Positions 48,996 to 59,527 are shown, counted from the first letter of the stretch. The stretch: 64,000 nucleotides of DNA from an uncultured Bacteroides sp. (GCA_964431315.1 CAYSJH010000006.1:3204-67203), one strand, 5' to 3'. Numbers and translations: made by a program. Notes: a model not told the origin generated them from the letters alone.

Positions 48996-50852
48996 GTGCT
49001 GACAGTCAAAGGCCTTACCGTAACACATAAGGACTCCTTCCATGAAAGGAATATCGTGGAGGATATTTCCTTTATCCTTAAACCCGGCGAAGCACTTGGG
49101 ATTGTGGGGGAATCCGGATCCGGTAAAACCATTACCGCCCTGTCCGTCCTGCAATTGCTTCCACCCGGAATGAGGATCTCAGCGGGACAAATCTTTCTCG
49201 AGGCTCCTGCATACATTGACGGAGGAAAATCCGGAAATGTTGAAGATCACGTTAAGCAGACCAGCGAGAATTCAATGGATCTGGCCACCTTTGGTGAAAA
49301 ACAAATGCAGGCGGTCCGCGGAAAAGTGATTTCCATGGTCTTCCAGGAGCCCATGACCAGCCTCAATCCATCCATGCGATGCAGTGATCAGATCAGGGAA
49401 GCCGTAAAGATCCACAGGGGAAGTTCCCCGGCAGATGCCCGGGAGATTGTTTTCTCCCTGATGGAGGAGGTCCGTTTGCCCTTCGGACGTGAATTTTTCC
49501 GCAAGTATCCGCACCAGTTGAGCGGGGGACAAAGGCAGCGGATCATGATCGCCATGGCCCTGGCAGGCAATCCCCGCATCCTGATCGCCGATGAACCTAC
49601 AACGGCACTTGATCTGAGGGTGCAGCGGAAGATCCTGGACCTGCTTCAGGAGATCCTGCATAACCGCCGGATGGGCCTTCTTTTCATATCGCATGACCTT
49701 GGCGTGATCCGGTCGGTATGCAAAAATGCCCTGGTAATGTACCGGGGAAATATTGTCGAATCCGGCCCGGTTTCCCGTCTATTCAGCCGGCCGGAACATC
49801 CCTATACCAGGGGCCTGATCGCCTGCCGGCCCGTGCCGGGTTCAAACCCGTACCGCCTCCCCACACTAACTGATTTCATGGACCCTGCAGGTACCGTTAA
49901 AAAAGTCACGGCGCAGCAAACTGACCGTTCCACCGGAGATAGCCCTGCCGGGGAACAACTCTCCGGAGACCGTTCCAACGTAGATAACTCTACCGTGGGC
50001 AGCCTCTCCGGGGACCGTCTTTCTGTGGGCAGCCTCTCCGGGGACCATCCGGTTAGCGAGGGTTCTCCGGTCCCCTTGCTCGAGGTTAAGGACCTGCAAA
50101 TTGACTATACCCTGAAAAAGAACCTCCTTGGAAAACCGGTCCGGAGTCTCCGTGCCGTAGACAATTTCACCTTCCATATTGCCCGGGGTGAAACGGTGGG
50201 ACTCATCGGGGAATCCGGTTGTGGAAAATCCACCCTGGGCCAGAGCCTTATCCGGCTGATCCAGACCGGAGCCGGGGAGATTCGTTACCGGGGTGCTGCG
50301 ATATCCTCCTTCAGGGGGAAAGACCTCGGCCGGTTCAGGCAAAAAGTCCAGTTTATCTTCCAGGATCCTTATTCCTCCCTGAACCCCAGGATGGCCGTCG
50401 GTCCCGCTATCATGGAAGTGATGAGGGTGCATGGGATCCACCGGGGCAAGTCCGGGAGGAAGCAGGCAGCGCTTGAGTTGCTGGACCGGGTCGGCCTTCT
50501 TGCGGAACATTTCAGCCGGTACCCACATGAATTTTCAGGGGGACAGAGGCAGAGGATAGGCCTTGCCAGGGCTCTTGCAACCGGACCGGAACTTATCATC
50601 TGCGACGAATCCGTTTCGTCCCTCGACGTATCGGTTCAGGCCATGATCCTGAACCTTCTCAACGACCTGAAAGAAAGCTTCAGCCTGACCTACCTTTTTA
50701 TTTCGCATGACCTGTCGGTAGTCCGTTACATGTCGGACCGGATCCTGGTCATGAAGGACGGAAAGCTGGTTGAGGAGGGAAGCGGGGAACAGGTTTTCCT
50801 GCATCCGTCTGCGGACTATACCCGGGATTTGGTCGACTCGATCCTTATCTGA
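48996..50852 (+). CDS. ABC transporter ATP-binding protein with duplicated ATPase domains (DppD/DppF- or YejF-like fusion)
   Basis: 618 aa with two NBDs: GESGSGKT/LSGGQRQR/ADEPTTALD and GESGCGKST/FSGGQRQR/CDESVSSLD. GTG start. A repeat-containing linker separates the NBDs. Confidence 0.85.
   Translation: MLTVKGLTVTHKDSFHERNIVEDISFILKPGEALGIVGESGSGKTITALSVLQLLPPGMRISAGQIFLEAPAYIDGGKSGNVEDHVKQTSENSMDLATFGEKQMQAVRGKVISMVFQEPMTSLNPSMRCSDQIREAVKIHRGSSPADAREIVFSLMEEVRLPFGREFFRKYPHQLSGGQRQRIMIAMALAGNPRILIADEPTTALDLRVQRKILDLLQEILHNRRMGLLFISHDLGVIRSVCKNALVMYRGNIVESGPVSRLFSRPEHPYTRGLIACRPVPGSNPYRLPTLTDFMDPAGTVKKVTAQQTDRSTGDSPAGEQLSGDRSNVDNSTVGSLSGDRLSVGSLSGDHPVSEGSPVPLLEVKDLQIDYTLKKNLLGKPVRSLRAVDNFTFHIARGETVGLIGESGCGKSTLGQSLIRLIQTGAGEIRYRGAAISSFRGKDLGRFRQKVQFIFQDPYSSLNPRMAVGPAIMEVMRVHGIHRGKSGRKQAALELLDRVGLLAEHFSRYPHEFSGGQRQRIGLARALATGPELIICDESVSSLDVSVQAMILNLLNDLKESFSLTYLFISHDLSVVRYMSDRILVMKDGKLVEEGSGEQVFLHPSADYTRDLVDSILI
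49995..50054 (+). repeat. 30-nt in-frame tandem duplication in the inter-NBD linker
   Basis: GTGGGCAGCCTCTCCGGGGACC begins both units (49995 and 50025). Encodes VGSLSGDRLS / VGSLSGDHPV. Confidence 0.9.
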
Positions 50853-50892
50853 GCGGCCGGGGAAATACTCCTTCCGGATGAACGGATTCCGG

Positions 50893-51573
50893 CTAGCGTA
50901 AAACAAAATTTACGGGCATGGTAAATATCACGTTCACCGTTTTAATGCCCCTTTTGCCGGGTGACCATCTCGGTGATGAAGAAACGACACGGACGGCTTC
51001 TTCTGCCAGAGCGAGATCTGCCGCCCTCAAAACCTCAACATCCTGTATAAGGCCTCTAGAATTGACCGTAAACTGAATATAAACCTTGCCACTGACACCA
51101 TTTTTAATGGCAATTTCAGGATACTGTAGATTTTCCATGACCCATTTCCGGAACCCTTCCAGTCCCCCTCCCTGAAAACTGGGTTTCTCACTTACGGCAT
51201 ATTCCGGTAATGTCTCAATGACCCCGGTCTCTTCCGGCATGACCATGATTTCAATCTCCTGGTCCCTGAACGGTTCCACATCAATGCCTTGAAACTCCTC
51301 TGAAAAAGGATCGATTTCCTTCACAATGTTCAGAACATCTGCAGGTTTGGGTAATGGAGGGGGAGGCGGTTTCGGGAGCTCAGTTTGCGGAGGCAGATAA
51401 ATGTCCTGGTCAAGGATGAATCCATCCCGAATTTCAAAGGATTGGCCATAATTTGGCACACTGTTCCATTCAAATGCAGCAAGTACAAGGCTTAGGTTAA
51501 TGAGGAGTCCGATCTGGAAAAAAATTGATCTCTTGCTTTCAAGATCTGCTCCGGGATTTTTCTTTGATTTCAT
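50893..51573 (-). CDS. tonB: Energy transducer TonB
   Basis: 226 aa. N-terminal anchor, Pro-rich linker LPKPPPPPLPKP, and C-terminal TonB domain YPEIAIKNGVSGKVYIQFTVNSRG. Confidence 0.85.
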   Translation of the reverse strand: MKSKKNPGADLESKRSIFFQIGLLINLSLVLAAFEWNSVPNYGQSFEIRDGFILDQDIYLPPQTELPKPPPPPLPKPADVLNIVKEIDPFSEEFQGIDVEPFRDQEIEIMVMPEETGVIETLPEYAVSEKPSFQGGGLEGFRKWVMENLQYPEIAIKNGVSGKVYIQFTVNSRGLIQDVEVLRAADLALAEEAVRVVSSSPRWSPGKRGIKTVNVIFTMPVNFVLR

Positions 51574-51710
51574 GATCCGGTGGTTTTATGAGTTCAACAT
51601 AAACATTCAGAACCTGATCTGAAATTAGCTTGCCCGCTGTATGCAATTACCGGGTTCATAACTGCAAAAACTATTATATCTTTACATGGCGTTATAAACC
51701 CACCTTTATT

Positions 51711-52139
51711 ATGAAAACGTTAAAACTCATACTAATCTTGCCTGCGGTCCTGATGTTATTGAACATCAGTGTACTTGCACAGAAAAACTACGACCCTGTG
51801 ATAAAAGAGGACGGAATCGAGATTTCATACCGGTGGGGGCCCTCCAAAATCCTTAAAAAGGACAGTCCCCTTATGCTCTTCCTGAAGATCAATAATTCCA
51901 ACGAGTTCAACGCCGAGGTGACCTTTACGGTGGATTACTACTGGAAGGGGATCAGGAAAGCCTCCAGTGAGCCGAACCAGATATGCGTCAAATCAATGCG
52001 GACCGCAAAGGGCAGAATTAAGAAACTGACTTTTGACAGGGCTGAATTCTCGGATGAGGATCTGCGAAGCGAGAATTTTACCCTGGATGTTACCGGGATC
52101 AAGATTGAACAAACGGATTGCTGCAGGCGGATGAAATGA
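51711..52139 (+). CDS. Small secreted protein of unknown function
   Basis: Start at ATG 51711 gives the signal peptide MKTLKLILILPAVLMLLNISVLAQ. 142 aa, no recognisable motif. Confidence 0.55.
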   Translation: MKTLKLILILPAVLMLLNISVLAQKNYDPVIKEDGIEISYRWGPSKILKKDSPLMLFLKINNSNEFNAEVTFTVDYYWKGIRKASSEPNQICVKSMRTAKGRIKKLTFDRAEFSDEDLRSENFTLDVTGIKIEQTDCCRRMK

Positions 52140-52221
52140 CAGGGCAGCCGTTTGCGCGCTTTTCGTCCCGGCGGTCACGGCAATAATCCGGCGTCGCCAT
52201 GGCTCCGGCACACAGGTAACC

Positions 52222-54585
52222 TCAGGGCTTCTTGAAATCTTCCTCCCATAGTTCGTAGTCAAAGGTTTTGGTCATCCCGCTGATGTCTTCCGGGCAATCG
52301 AGGTTCATATTGAAATTGTGGGGTTTTTCGAATTTATCGTGGGCGGTCACTCCGCAGGTGCTGTCCGCATAAACCTTTTGCATGAAGATCCCGTAGATGG
52401 GCAGAGCCATGTTGGCTCCCTGTCCTAGTGCCATCTGGTCAAAATGGATGGAACGGTCATCTCCGCCTACCCATACCCCGGCAACCAGGTTGGGAGTGAT
52501 CCCCATGTACCACCCGTCGGAATGGTTCTGGGTGGTCCCGGTTTTCCCGCCCATTTCCGCTTCAATCTCGTAAACCTTCCGGATGCGATAAGTGGCGGTC
52601 CCGCCATCGACCACTCCCTTGAGCAGGTCCACCATCAGGTAGGCGGTTTTTTCAGAAATAGCCTCGCTCTGCTTGGCCTGGAAGGTGGTCAGGACATTCC
52701 CGTTTTTATCCTCGATCCTCGTAACGAATATGGGTTCAATGTACACTCCCTTGTTGGCATAGGTGCTGTAGGCCCCCACCATTTCATAGAGGGTGACATC
52801 GCTGGTCCCGTAAATAATGGAATTCACCGGCATAATATAGCTGCGGACCCCCATCTTCTTGATCACATCGTCGATGATGGTCTGCGGGGGAAATTGTTTT
52901 ACCAGCCAGGCCGAGACATTGTTCACCGAATGTGCGAGTCCCCATCTGAGGGTGACCATCTTGCCCAGGTTACGCGTACTGCTGCGTGGGGTCCAGGTGG
53001 AATCCTGGTCAACGAAGGTCTGGGGAACGTTGGGAACCTTGTAGCATGGATCGTAGCCCTCCTGCATGGCAAGGGTATACAGGAAAGGCTTGAAGGTCGA
53101 GCCTGCCTGCCTGCCGCCCATGGTGATGGGGTCGTATTTGAAATATTTGAAATTGGGTCCCCCGACATACGCCCGTACGTATCCCGTTTTAGGATCCATT
53201 GCCATCATGGCCGCCCGCAGGAAATACTTGTACCATATGATGGAATCCATGGGTGACATGATGGTGTCTTTATCTCCTTTCCAGGAAAATATGGTCATCT
53301 CGACCGGGGTTTTGAAAGAACGCTGGATCGAATCCATTGACACACCTGCGTTCCTGAGTCTACGGTAGCGGTCTGAATTCCGCATCGAACGCGTGATCAG
53401 CCGTTGTATCGTTTCCTTATCAAGTTCGTCAGAAAAAGGAGCATTGTGACTCCCTTCTTTTTCCTCGTAAAAGGCATCCTGCAGGTTTCCTGCAAGGTGT
53501 TCGACCACGGCTTCCTCGGCATACTGCTGCAATTTGCTGTCGATGGTAGTATAAATCTTTAGCCCGTCGCGGTAAATGTTATAAGGAGATCCGTCCGGTT
53601 TCCGGTTCTTGTTGGTCCACCCGAAAAGTGGATCTTCCGCCCATTCAATGGAATCCTTCTCATACTGGCTGAACAGGAAATATTCGCTCCGCTTCGGCTT
53701 ATCCTTACTCATGATCTTGGCAAGGTATTGCCGGAGGTATGTCGCCAGTCCCACATTATGATCCTGAACCCTGTAATTAAGTTCGATGGGAAGCACCGAA
53801 AGGGAATCAAATTCCTCTTCGTCGAGATAGCCGTATTTAAGCATCTGGCTGAGCACGATGTTGCGCCGGAAGAGTGACCTTTCCGGGTTTTTCACCGGGG
53901 AATACCGGGTGGGGGCTTTTAGCAGTCCCACCAGCACGGCGGCCTGCTCCACGGTGATGGAATCCGGGGATGTATCGAAAAACACGTCGCAGGCTGTCTT
54001 TATGCCATAGGTGTTGTGTCCGAATGAGACAGTGTTCAGGTACATTACCAGGATCTCGTTCTTGGTATAGTTTCTTTCCAGCTTGGCCGCAGTGTTCCAT
54101 TCCTTGAACTTGGAAACACCGAGTTTCAGGTAACGCCTGACCGCCCAGCGGTAATAGGTGGAATCGCGCGGGTAAAGGTTCTTGGCCAGCTGCTGGGTAA
54201 TGGTGCTGCCTCCCCCGGCATTCTGCCTCAGGAGGATGGACTTGACGATCATCCTGGCTGTGCCCCTGACGTCGACTCCGGAATGCTTCCTGAATCGTAT
54301 GTCCTCGATTGCCATAAGGGCATTGACCACGTTGGGAGAAAGCTCGTCGAAGCCCACGTAGGTCCGGTTTTCCAGGTAAAAAGGTCCCAGGAGCACGGAA
54401 TCGGCCGAATACACTTCGGATGCCAGGTTGTTCTCCGGGTTCTCCAGGTCCTCGAACGTGGGAACATAACCCAGTTTCCCGTTTGCGAGCAGGATAAACA
54501 GGATCACAAGCATGAGGATGGGAATGGAATAGATGCCCCAGATAATGACCAGATACCTCTTCCAAAGCCGCGGAGTATTTGACAT
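52222..54585 (-). CDS. Class A penicillin-binding protein (PBP1A; transglycosylase + transpeptidase)
   Basis: 787 aa. GT51 motifs EDIRFRKHSGVD and GGSTITQQLAKN. Transpeptidase motifs STFKP and KTGTT. Confidence 0.92.
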   Translation of the reverse strand: MSNTPRLWKRYLVIIWGIYSIPILMLVILFILLANGKLGYVPTFEDLENPENNLASEVYSADSVLLGPFYLENRTYVGFDELSPNVVNALMAIEDIRFRKHSGVDVRGTARMIVKSILLRQNAGGGSTITQQLAKNLYPRDSTYYRWAVRRYLKLGVSKFKEWNTAAKLERNYTKNEILVMYLNTVSFGHNTYGIKTACDVFFDTSPDSITVEQAAVLVGLLKAPTRYSPVKNPERSLFRRNIVLSQMLKYGYLDEEEFDSLSVLPIELNYRVQDHNVGLATYLRQYLAKIMSKDKPKRSEYFLFSQYEKDSIEWAEDPLFGWTNKNRKPDGSPYNIYRDGLKIYTTIDSKLQQYAEEAVVEHLAGNLQDAFYEEKEGSHNAPFSDELDKETIQRLITRSMRNSDRYRRLRNAGVSMDSIQRSFKTPVEMTIFSWKGDKDTIMSPMDSIIWYKYFLRAAMMAMDPKTGYVRAYVGGPNFKYFKYDPITMGGRQAGSTFKPFLYTLAMQEGYDPCYKVPNVPQTFVDQDSTWTPRSSTRNLGKMVTLRWGLAHSVNNVSAWLVKQFPPQTIIDDVIKKMGVRSYIMPVNSIIYGTSDVTLYEMVGAYSTYANKGVYIEPIFVTRIEDKNGNVLTTFQAKQSEAISEKTAYLMVDLLKGVVDGGTATYRIRKVYEIEAEMGGKTGTTQNHSDGWYMGITPNLVAGVWVGGDDRSIHFDQMALGQGANMALPIYGIFMQKVYADSTCGVTAHDKFEKPHNFNMNLDCPEDISGMTKTFDYELWEEDFKKP

Positions 54586-54696
54586 ACAGGCTGTAATTTG
54601 CGGCTAAAATACTAATAATTTGAATTAAAATTTTGAAGATCGCACCCGTTTTATTTTACTTTGTGGTGTTTTAACCAAATCCTACGGGTATTTGAA

Positions 54697-57009
54697 ATGG
54701 AAGAGAATTTAGTCATTGTTGAGTCGCCGGCAAAAGCAAATACCATCAGCAATTTCCTGGGCAAGGGATTTACGGTAAAATCAAGTTTCGGCCACATCCG
54801 GGATCTGTCCAAGGATAATTACGGGATCGACCTTAAGAATAATTATACGCCTGAATACATCATTCCGGAAGACAAGAAAAAAGTGGTCGCAGAGCTGAAA
54901 AAATCCGCCGGGCACGCCGCTATCATCTGGCTGGCTTCAGATGAGGACCGGGAAGGGGAAGCCATCGCATGGCACCTTTCGGAGGTATTGAAACTGGATC
55001 CCGAAAGGACCCGGAGGATCGTCTTTCACGAGATCACAAAGACCGCAATCGAAGAGGCGATCCGTAATCCAAGGGAAATCAACCGCAACCTTGTCAATGC
55101 CCAGCAGGCGCGAAGGATCCTTGACCGGCTGGTTGGCTTCGAGCTTTCCCCCCTCCTCTGGAAAAAAATTAAACCCGCTCTTTCCGCCGGGCGTGTCCAG
55201 AGTGTTGCGGTCCGACTGATCGTGGAAAGGGAAAAGGAGATCGAATCATTCGAATCTGTCCCGTTCTACCGCATCACGGCCCAGTTCGAGTTCACGGAAA
55301 AATCAGGTAAAAAACACAGGTTCCAGGCAGAGTTTCCCTCCAGGATCAGCAACCGTGAAAAGGCCCGGGAATTTTTATCCGCCTGCCAAGGCGCTTCTTT
55401 CAGGGTCCTGGACATTGAAAAGAAACCGGTAAAGAAATCCCCCGCTCCACCCTTCACCACTTCCACCCTGCAGCAGGAAGCCAGCCGGAAACTGGGGTTC
55501 TCCGTTGCACAGACCATGAGCGTTGCGCAGCGGCTGTATGAAAGCGGGAAGATAACCTATATGAGGACCGATTCGGTGAACCTGTCCAGGACCGCCATTG
55601 CAGCGGCGCGGGATCTGATCACCGGGGAATTCGGACCCGAATACTCGAAGACCAGGAATTTCACGACCAAAAGCAAGGGAGCCCAGGAAGCCCACGAAGC
55701 CATCCGCCCGACCTACCTTCAGAACAGGGGTGTGAGTGGCAACCGCCAGGAGCAAAGGCTCTACGAACTGATCTGGAAACGGACGGTTGCCTCCCAGATG
55801 AGCGAGGCACAGCTGGAAAAAACCACGGCCCGGATCGGGATCTCCACCCTGCCTGATCAGCTGGTGGCTACCGGTGAGGTTATCCGGTTCGACGGATTCC
55901 TGAAGGTGTACATGGAATCGACCGACGAGGAAACAGAAGAAGGGACGGAAGGATTGCTGCCCCCGATGAACAGGGACGATGCACTGAACTTGCTCCGGAT
56001 GGATGCCACGGAACGCTTTACCAAGGCACCCCAGCGCTATGCTGAAGCCAGCCTGGTTAAAAAACTGGAGGAACTCGGCATCGGCCGGCCATCGACCTAT
56101 GCCCCCACCATTTCAACCATTCAGAACAGGGGCTATGTGGTCAGGGGAGACCATGAGGGAACGGAACGTACCTACTGCGTTTGCAGCCTTGTCGGCCGGG
56201 AGATCACCCAGGAAACCCGCAAAGAGGTCTTCGGAAAGGAAAAATCCAGGCTCTCTCCCACCGATATAGGAACGCTGGTGAATGATTTCCTGGTTGAATA
56301 CTTCAGCAACATCCTGGATTATAATTTCACGGCCAGCATCGAGAAGGAATTTGACAAGATCGCGGATGGAAAACTCGAGTGGACCCTTATGATCGATAAA
56401 TTCTATCCCGGGTTTCACCGGCAGGTCGAGGAAACGATCCAGACCAGCCAGCGCCCGAAGGGAGAAAGGATCCTCGGCATGGACCCCGAATCGGGACGGC
56501 AGGTCAGCGTAAAGATCGGCCGTTTTGGTCCCATGGTCCAGATCGGCGAGGCCGGTGAACCCGAGAAACCGAAATTTGCCAGCCTTCTGAAGACCCAGAG
56601 CATCAAAAGCATTACCCTGGAAGAAGCCCTTTCTTTGTTCAAGCTTCCCAGAAGCATTGGAAAATATGAGGACCAGGAAGTAACGGTCGGCATCGGGAAA
56701 TTCGGTCCCTATGTCCGCCACGCGGACAAATTCGTTTCCCTGGGCAAGGATGACGACCCGTTGAGCATTACCCTTGAAAAGGCCGTTGAACTGATCCATA
56801 AAAAAAGGGAGCAGGATAAAAACAAGGTGATCCGGAAATTCGAGGAAAATCCCGGTCTGCAGATCCTCAACGGAAGGTGGGGACCTTACATAAGCCTGGA
56901 CAGGGAAAACTTCAGGATCCCGAAAAGCAGGAAAGCCGAGGAGCTGGAATACGGGGACTGTATGGAGATCATTGAAAAGGCCAGGAAGTCAAAGAAAAAC
57001 AAGGAATAA
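54697..57009 (+). CDS. topA: DNA topoisomerase I
   Basis: Start at ATG 54697 (MEENLVIVESPAKANTI). Toprim motif SDEDREGEAIAWH. Catalytic Tyr region ITYMRTDS. C-terminal repeats and a basic tail. Confidence 0.93.
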   Translation: MEENLVIVESPAKANTISNFLGKGFTVKSSFGHIRDLSKDNYGIDLKNNYTPEYIIPEDKKKVVAELKKSAGHAAIIWLASDEDREGEAIAWHLSEVLKLDPERTRRIVFHEITKTAIEEAIRNPREINRNLVNAQQARRILDRLVGFELSPLLWKKIKPALSAGRVQSVAVRLIVEREKEIESFESVPFYRITAQFEFTEKSGKKHRFQAEFPSRISNREKAREFLSACQGASFRVLDIEKKPVKKSPAPPFTTSTLQQEASRKLGFSVAQTMSVAQRLYESGKITYMRTDSVNLSRTAIAAARDLITGEFGPEYSKTRNFTTKSKGAQEAHEAIRPTYLQNRGVSGNRQEQRLYELIWKRTVASQMSEAQLEKTTARIGISTLPDQLVATGEVIRFDGFLKVYMESTDEETEEGTEGLLPPMNRDDALNLLRMDATERFTKAPQRYAEASLVKKLEELGIGRPSTYAPTISTIQNRGYVVRGDHEGTERTYCVCSLVGREITQETRKEVFGKEKSRLSPTDIGTLVNDFLVEYFSNILDYNFTASIEKEFDKIADGKLEWTLMIDKFYPGFHRQVEETIQTSQRPKGERILGMDPESGRQVSVKIGRFGPMVQIGEAGEPEKPKFASLLKTQSIKSITLEEALSLFKLPRSIGKYEDQEVTVGIGKFGPYVRHADKFVSLGKDDDPLSITLEKAVELIHKKREQDKNKVIRKFEENPGLQILNGRWGPYISLDRENFRIPKSRKAEELEYGDCMEIIEKARKSKKNKE

Positions 57010-57022
57010 GCAATTCCCCTGA

Positions 57023-58186
57023 ATGAACATCCGAGATTACTGCGACCCGGTCGCATTGGAAAAACCCGCCAATCATCATTTGACGGACAAGGCTGTTTTC
57101 TGCCGGAACATTTACATTCATACCCCGGATACCCCGGTGAGGGACCTCGACCAGTTCAGCCTGGCTATTATCGGAGTGCCTGAGGACCGCAGCTCGTCAC
57201 AACCGGGTTCAGCCGCTGCACCTGCGCTGATACGCAGCCATCTTTACCAGCTTTTCCGGGTAAATCCCAAACTGAAGATCATCGACCTGGGCGACCTCAA
57301 ATGCGGCATTTCCGTCCAGGATACCTATTTTGCCCTTCGGGATGTCCTGCTGGAACTTCTGGAACGGAAACTGACCGTAGTTCTCCTGGGTGGCAGCCAG
57401 GATCTTACCTATGGCATTTATCTGGCCTTTGAGAAGCTTGACCGGAAATTCAGTTTCGCCACGGTGGACTCGAGGCTGGATATGGGACTTATCGATGACC
57501 AGATCAAGCCGGAATCCTACCTGATCCCCATCCTGTCGCGCAAAAAGGAATTGTTGTTCTCATACGCCAACCTGGGGCACCAGACTTACTTCGTCGACCA
57601 GGCGGATGTGGACTTCCTGCACGATAATTTCCATCAGACCCTGAGGCTGGGGGATATCAGGCAGGATATGTCCCGCGTCGAACCCATCCTCCGCGATTCG
57701 GGATTTACCAGCGTAGATGTAAATTCCATCCGCCAGGCAGATGCTCCGGGCTGCACGCATCCTTCGCCGAATGGTTTTACCGGGGAAGAAATTTGCCAGA
57801 TCAGCCGTTACGCGGGACTGAGTCCCATTATGAAATGCTTCGGCCTGTTCAATATACTGCCCGGTTCGGACCGCGACGGTCAGACCGCACACCTGGCTGC
57901 ACAGTCCATCTGGTATTTCATGGAGGGTGTGTCCCAGAGAAAGGCGGAAAATCCCCACGCAGCCCCCGATGCCTTCAAGAAATTCATCGTCAGCCTCAAC
58001 GAGATGGATCATGATATTGTATTCTACAAGAGCCTGGAGACCGACCGCTGGTGGTTTGAAGTCCCGGTCATCCGCCAGACCAAAACAAGGCACATGCTGA
58101 TCTCCTGTTCCATGAATGATTACCAGAAAGCCTGCAACCAGGAGATCCCGGACCGCTGGCTGAACGCCTTTCAGAAGCTGAACTAA
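57023..58186 (+). CDS. Arginase/formimidoylglutamase-fold protein with substituted metal-ligand motifs
   Basis: 387 aa. Ureohydrolase-like layout IIGVPEDRSS...LLGGSQDLTYG...TVDSRLDM...SVDVNSIRQADAPG. Canonical GGDHS / DAHxD / SxDxD ligands are partly replaced. About 80-aa C-terminal extension. Confidence 0.7.
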   Translation: MNIRDYCDPVALEKPANHHLTDKAVFCRNIYIHTPDTPVRDLDQFSLAIIGVPEDRSSSQPGSAAAPALIRSHLYQLFRVNPKLKIIDLGDLKCGISVQDTYFALRDVLLELLERKLTVVLLGGSQDLTYGIYLAFEKLDRKFSFATVDSRLDMGLIDDQIKPESYLIPILSRKKELLFSYANLGHQTYFVDQADVDFLHDNFHQTLRLGDIRQDMSRVEPILRDSGFTSVDVNSIRQADAPGCTHPSPNGFTGEEICQISRYAGLSPIMKCFGLFNILPGSDRDGQTAHLAAQSIWYFMEGVSQRKAENPHAAPDAFKKFIVSLNEMDHDIVFYKSLETDRWWFEVPVIRQTKTRHMLISCSMNDYQKACNQEIPDRWLNAFQKLN

Positions 58187-58473
58187 CCCTTCCCGCAATC
58201 ATTGTCTGCTTCCCCGGCTTACCATCCCGCTTATTCAGCGCATCATTTAATGCCGTTCATGATCCAGGGTGCCGGAAACAGACCATCTGCACAATAATAT
58301 TTACTGGTCTGCGTAACTTTATTTGGAAATAAGGGTATAAAGGCTTGTCAAAGGCCCATGGTTATTAACAGAAATTTGTTGATAAGGCTTGGTTGGTAGT
58401 AATATTTTTATTTACTTTACCTTTTCTCAGAGGGTCAAAAATAGTATTGTAACCTCTTTGTTTTCAGGCACAT

Positions 58474-59424
58474 ATGGGCAGACACATCGGTATATTGATT
58501 TTGAGTCTGATAAACATGATATCCTATTCACAGCAAGACCCGCTGTTCAGTCAATACATGTATAACCTGGCCTCCATTAATCCGGGGTATGCGGGGAGCA
58601 GCGACATGATCTGTCTCTCCGGGGCCAGTCGTCAGCAGTGGATGGGATTCGAAGGCAATCCCCGCGTCTCCTTTTTCAACGCAAATGCCCCGGTGAAACC
58701 GTTTGGCATCAGCAGCGGGGTGGGACTGTCCATTCTAAGTGATAACCTGGGGTTTGACAATAATCTAGCGCTTTCGGCAACTTACGCATATCGTCTCTCC
58801 ATCGGGTCAGGGACCCTGGGCATAGGGGTGGACCTGGGATTTTACAACAAGGCGCTTTCAGCTACCTGGTACGTCCCGGAGGTCCCCGGCAGGTCGGATA
58901 TCCAGCAGCCCAGCCAGGATCCTTCCATTCCCCAGGAAAAGGAGAGCAAGATCGCCTTTGATATGGGGGTCGGATTGTTTTACAATACTGATAATCTCTA
59001 TTTCGGGATATCTTCCAGGCATATCAATAAGCCGCAGATCAATTATGAAACGGCTAAACCTTACCTGGCCAGGCATTACTACGCAATCGCAGGTTACCGT
59101 TTCCAGCTTTCAAATCCCCTGTTCGAGATCCTCCCATCCGCCGTTTTCAGGTCTGATGCCCGCTCAAATTCCTTCGACCTCAGTGCTCTGCTGAGATACA
59201 ATAAAAAGTTCTGGGGGGGCGTTTCCTATAGAGCCGGCGATGCCGTGATAGGGATCTTCGGCCTTGAATTGTTCAACGGCCTGAGGTTTGGATTTTCCTA
59301 TGATTTTATCACTTCAGATATTGGAAATTACAGTACCGGATCGATTGAAATCGCGATTGGATATTGTTTCAGTCTTAGCCTGGAAAAGGCACCCCAAAAA
59401 TACAAGAGCATACGTTTTTTGTAA
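58474..59424 (+). CDS. porP: PorP/SprF family T9SS membrane protein
   Basis: 316 aa. Signal peptide followed by QQDPLFSQYMYNLASINPGYAG, the family signature. Lies directly upstream of gldK. Confidence 0.9.
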   Translation: MGRHIGILILSLINMISYSQQDPLFSQYMYNLASINPGYAGSSDMICLSGASRQQWMGFEGNPRVSFFNANAPVKPFGISSGVGLSILSDNLGFDNNLALSATYAYRLSIGSGTLGIGVDLGFYNKALSATWYVPEVPGRSDIQQPSQDPSIPQEKESKIAFDMGVGLFYNTDNLYFGISSRHINKPQINYETAKPYLARHYYAIAGYRFQLSNPLFEILPSAVFRSDARSNSFDLSALLRYNKKFWGGVSYRAGDAVIGIFGLELFNGLRFGFSYDFITSDIGNYSTGSIEIAIGYCFSLSLEKAPQKYKSIRFL

Positions 59425-59527
59425 TCGAGTGAAATGAATTATTGATTTTTTTCTTATTTTAGGCTTTGAAAGTCAGAATTATCAACACATTGCAATAAAT
59501 AAACAGACACAAAATACCCGGAGAGCC

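Noticed and set aside
58187-58473. The 287-bp leader before porP examined for an ncRNA, a promoter or an ECF-sigma motif. It contains one 7-bp hairpin, CAGACCA...TGGTCTG (58279-58311).
   Set aside because: I found no exact TAnnTTTG box, no conserved motif I recognise, and only a weak hairpin with a 19-nt loop. That is not enough to call a feature.
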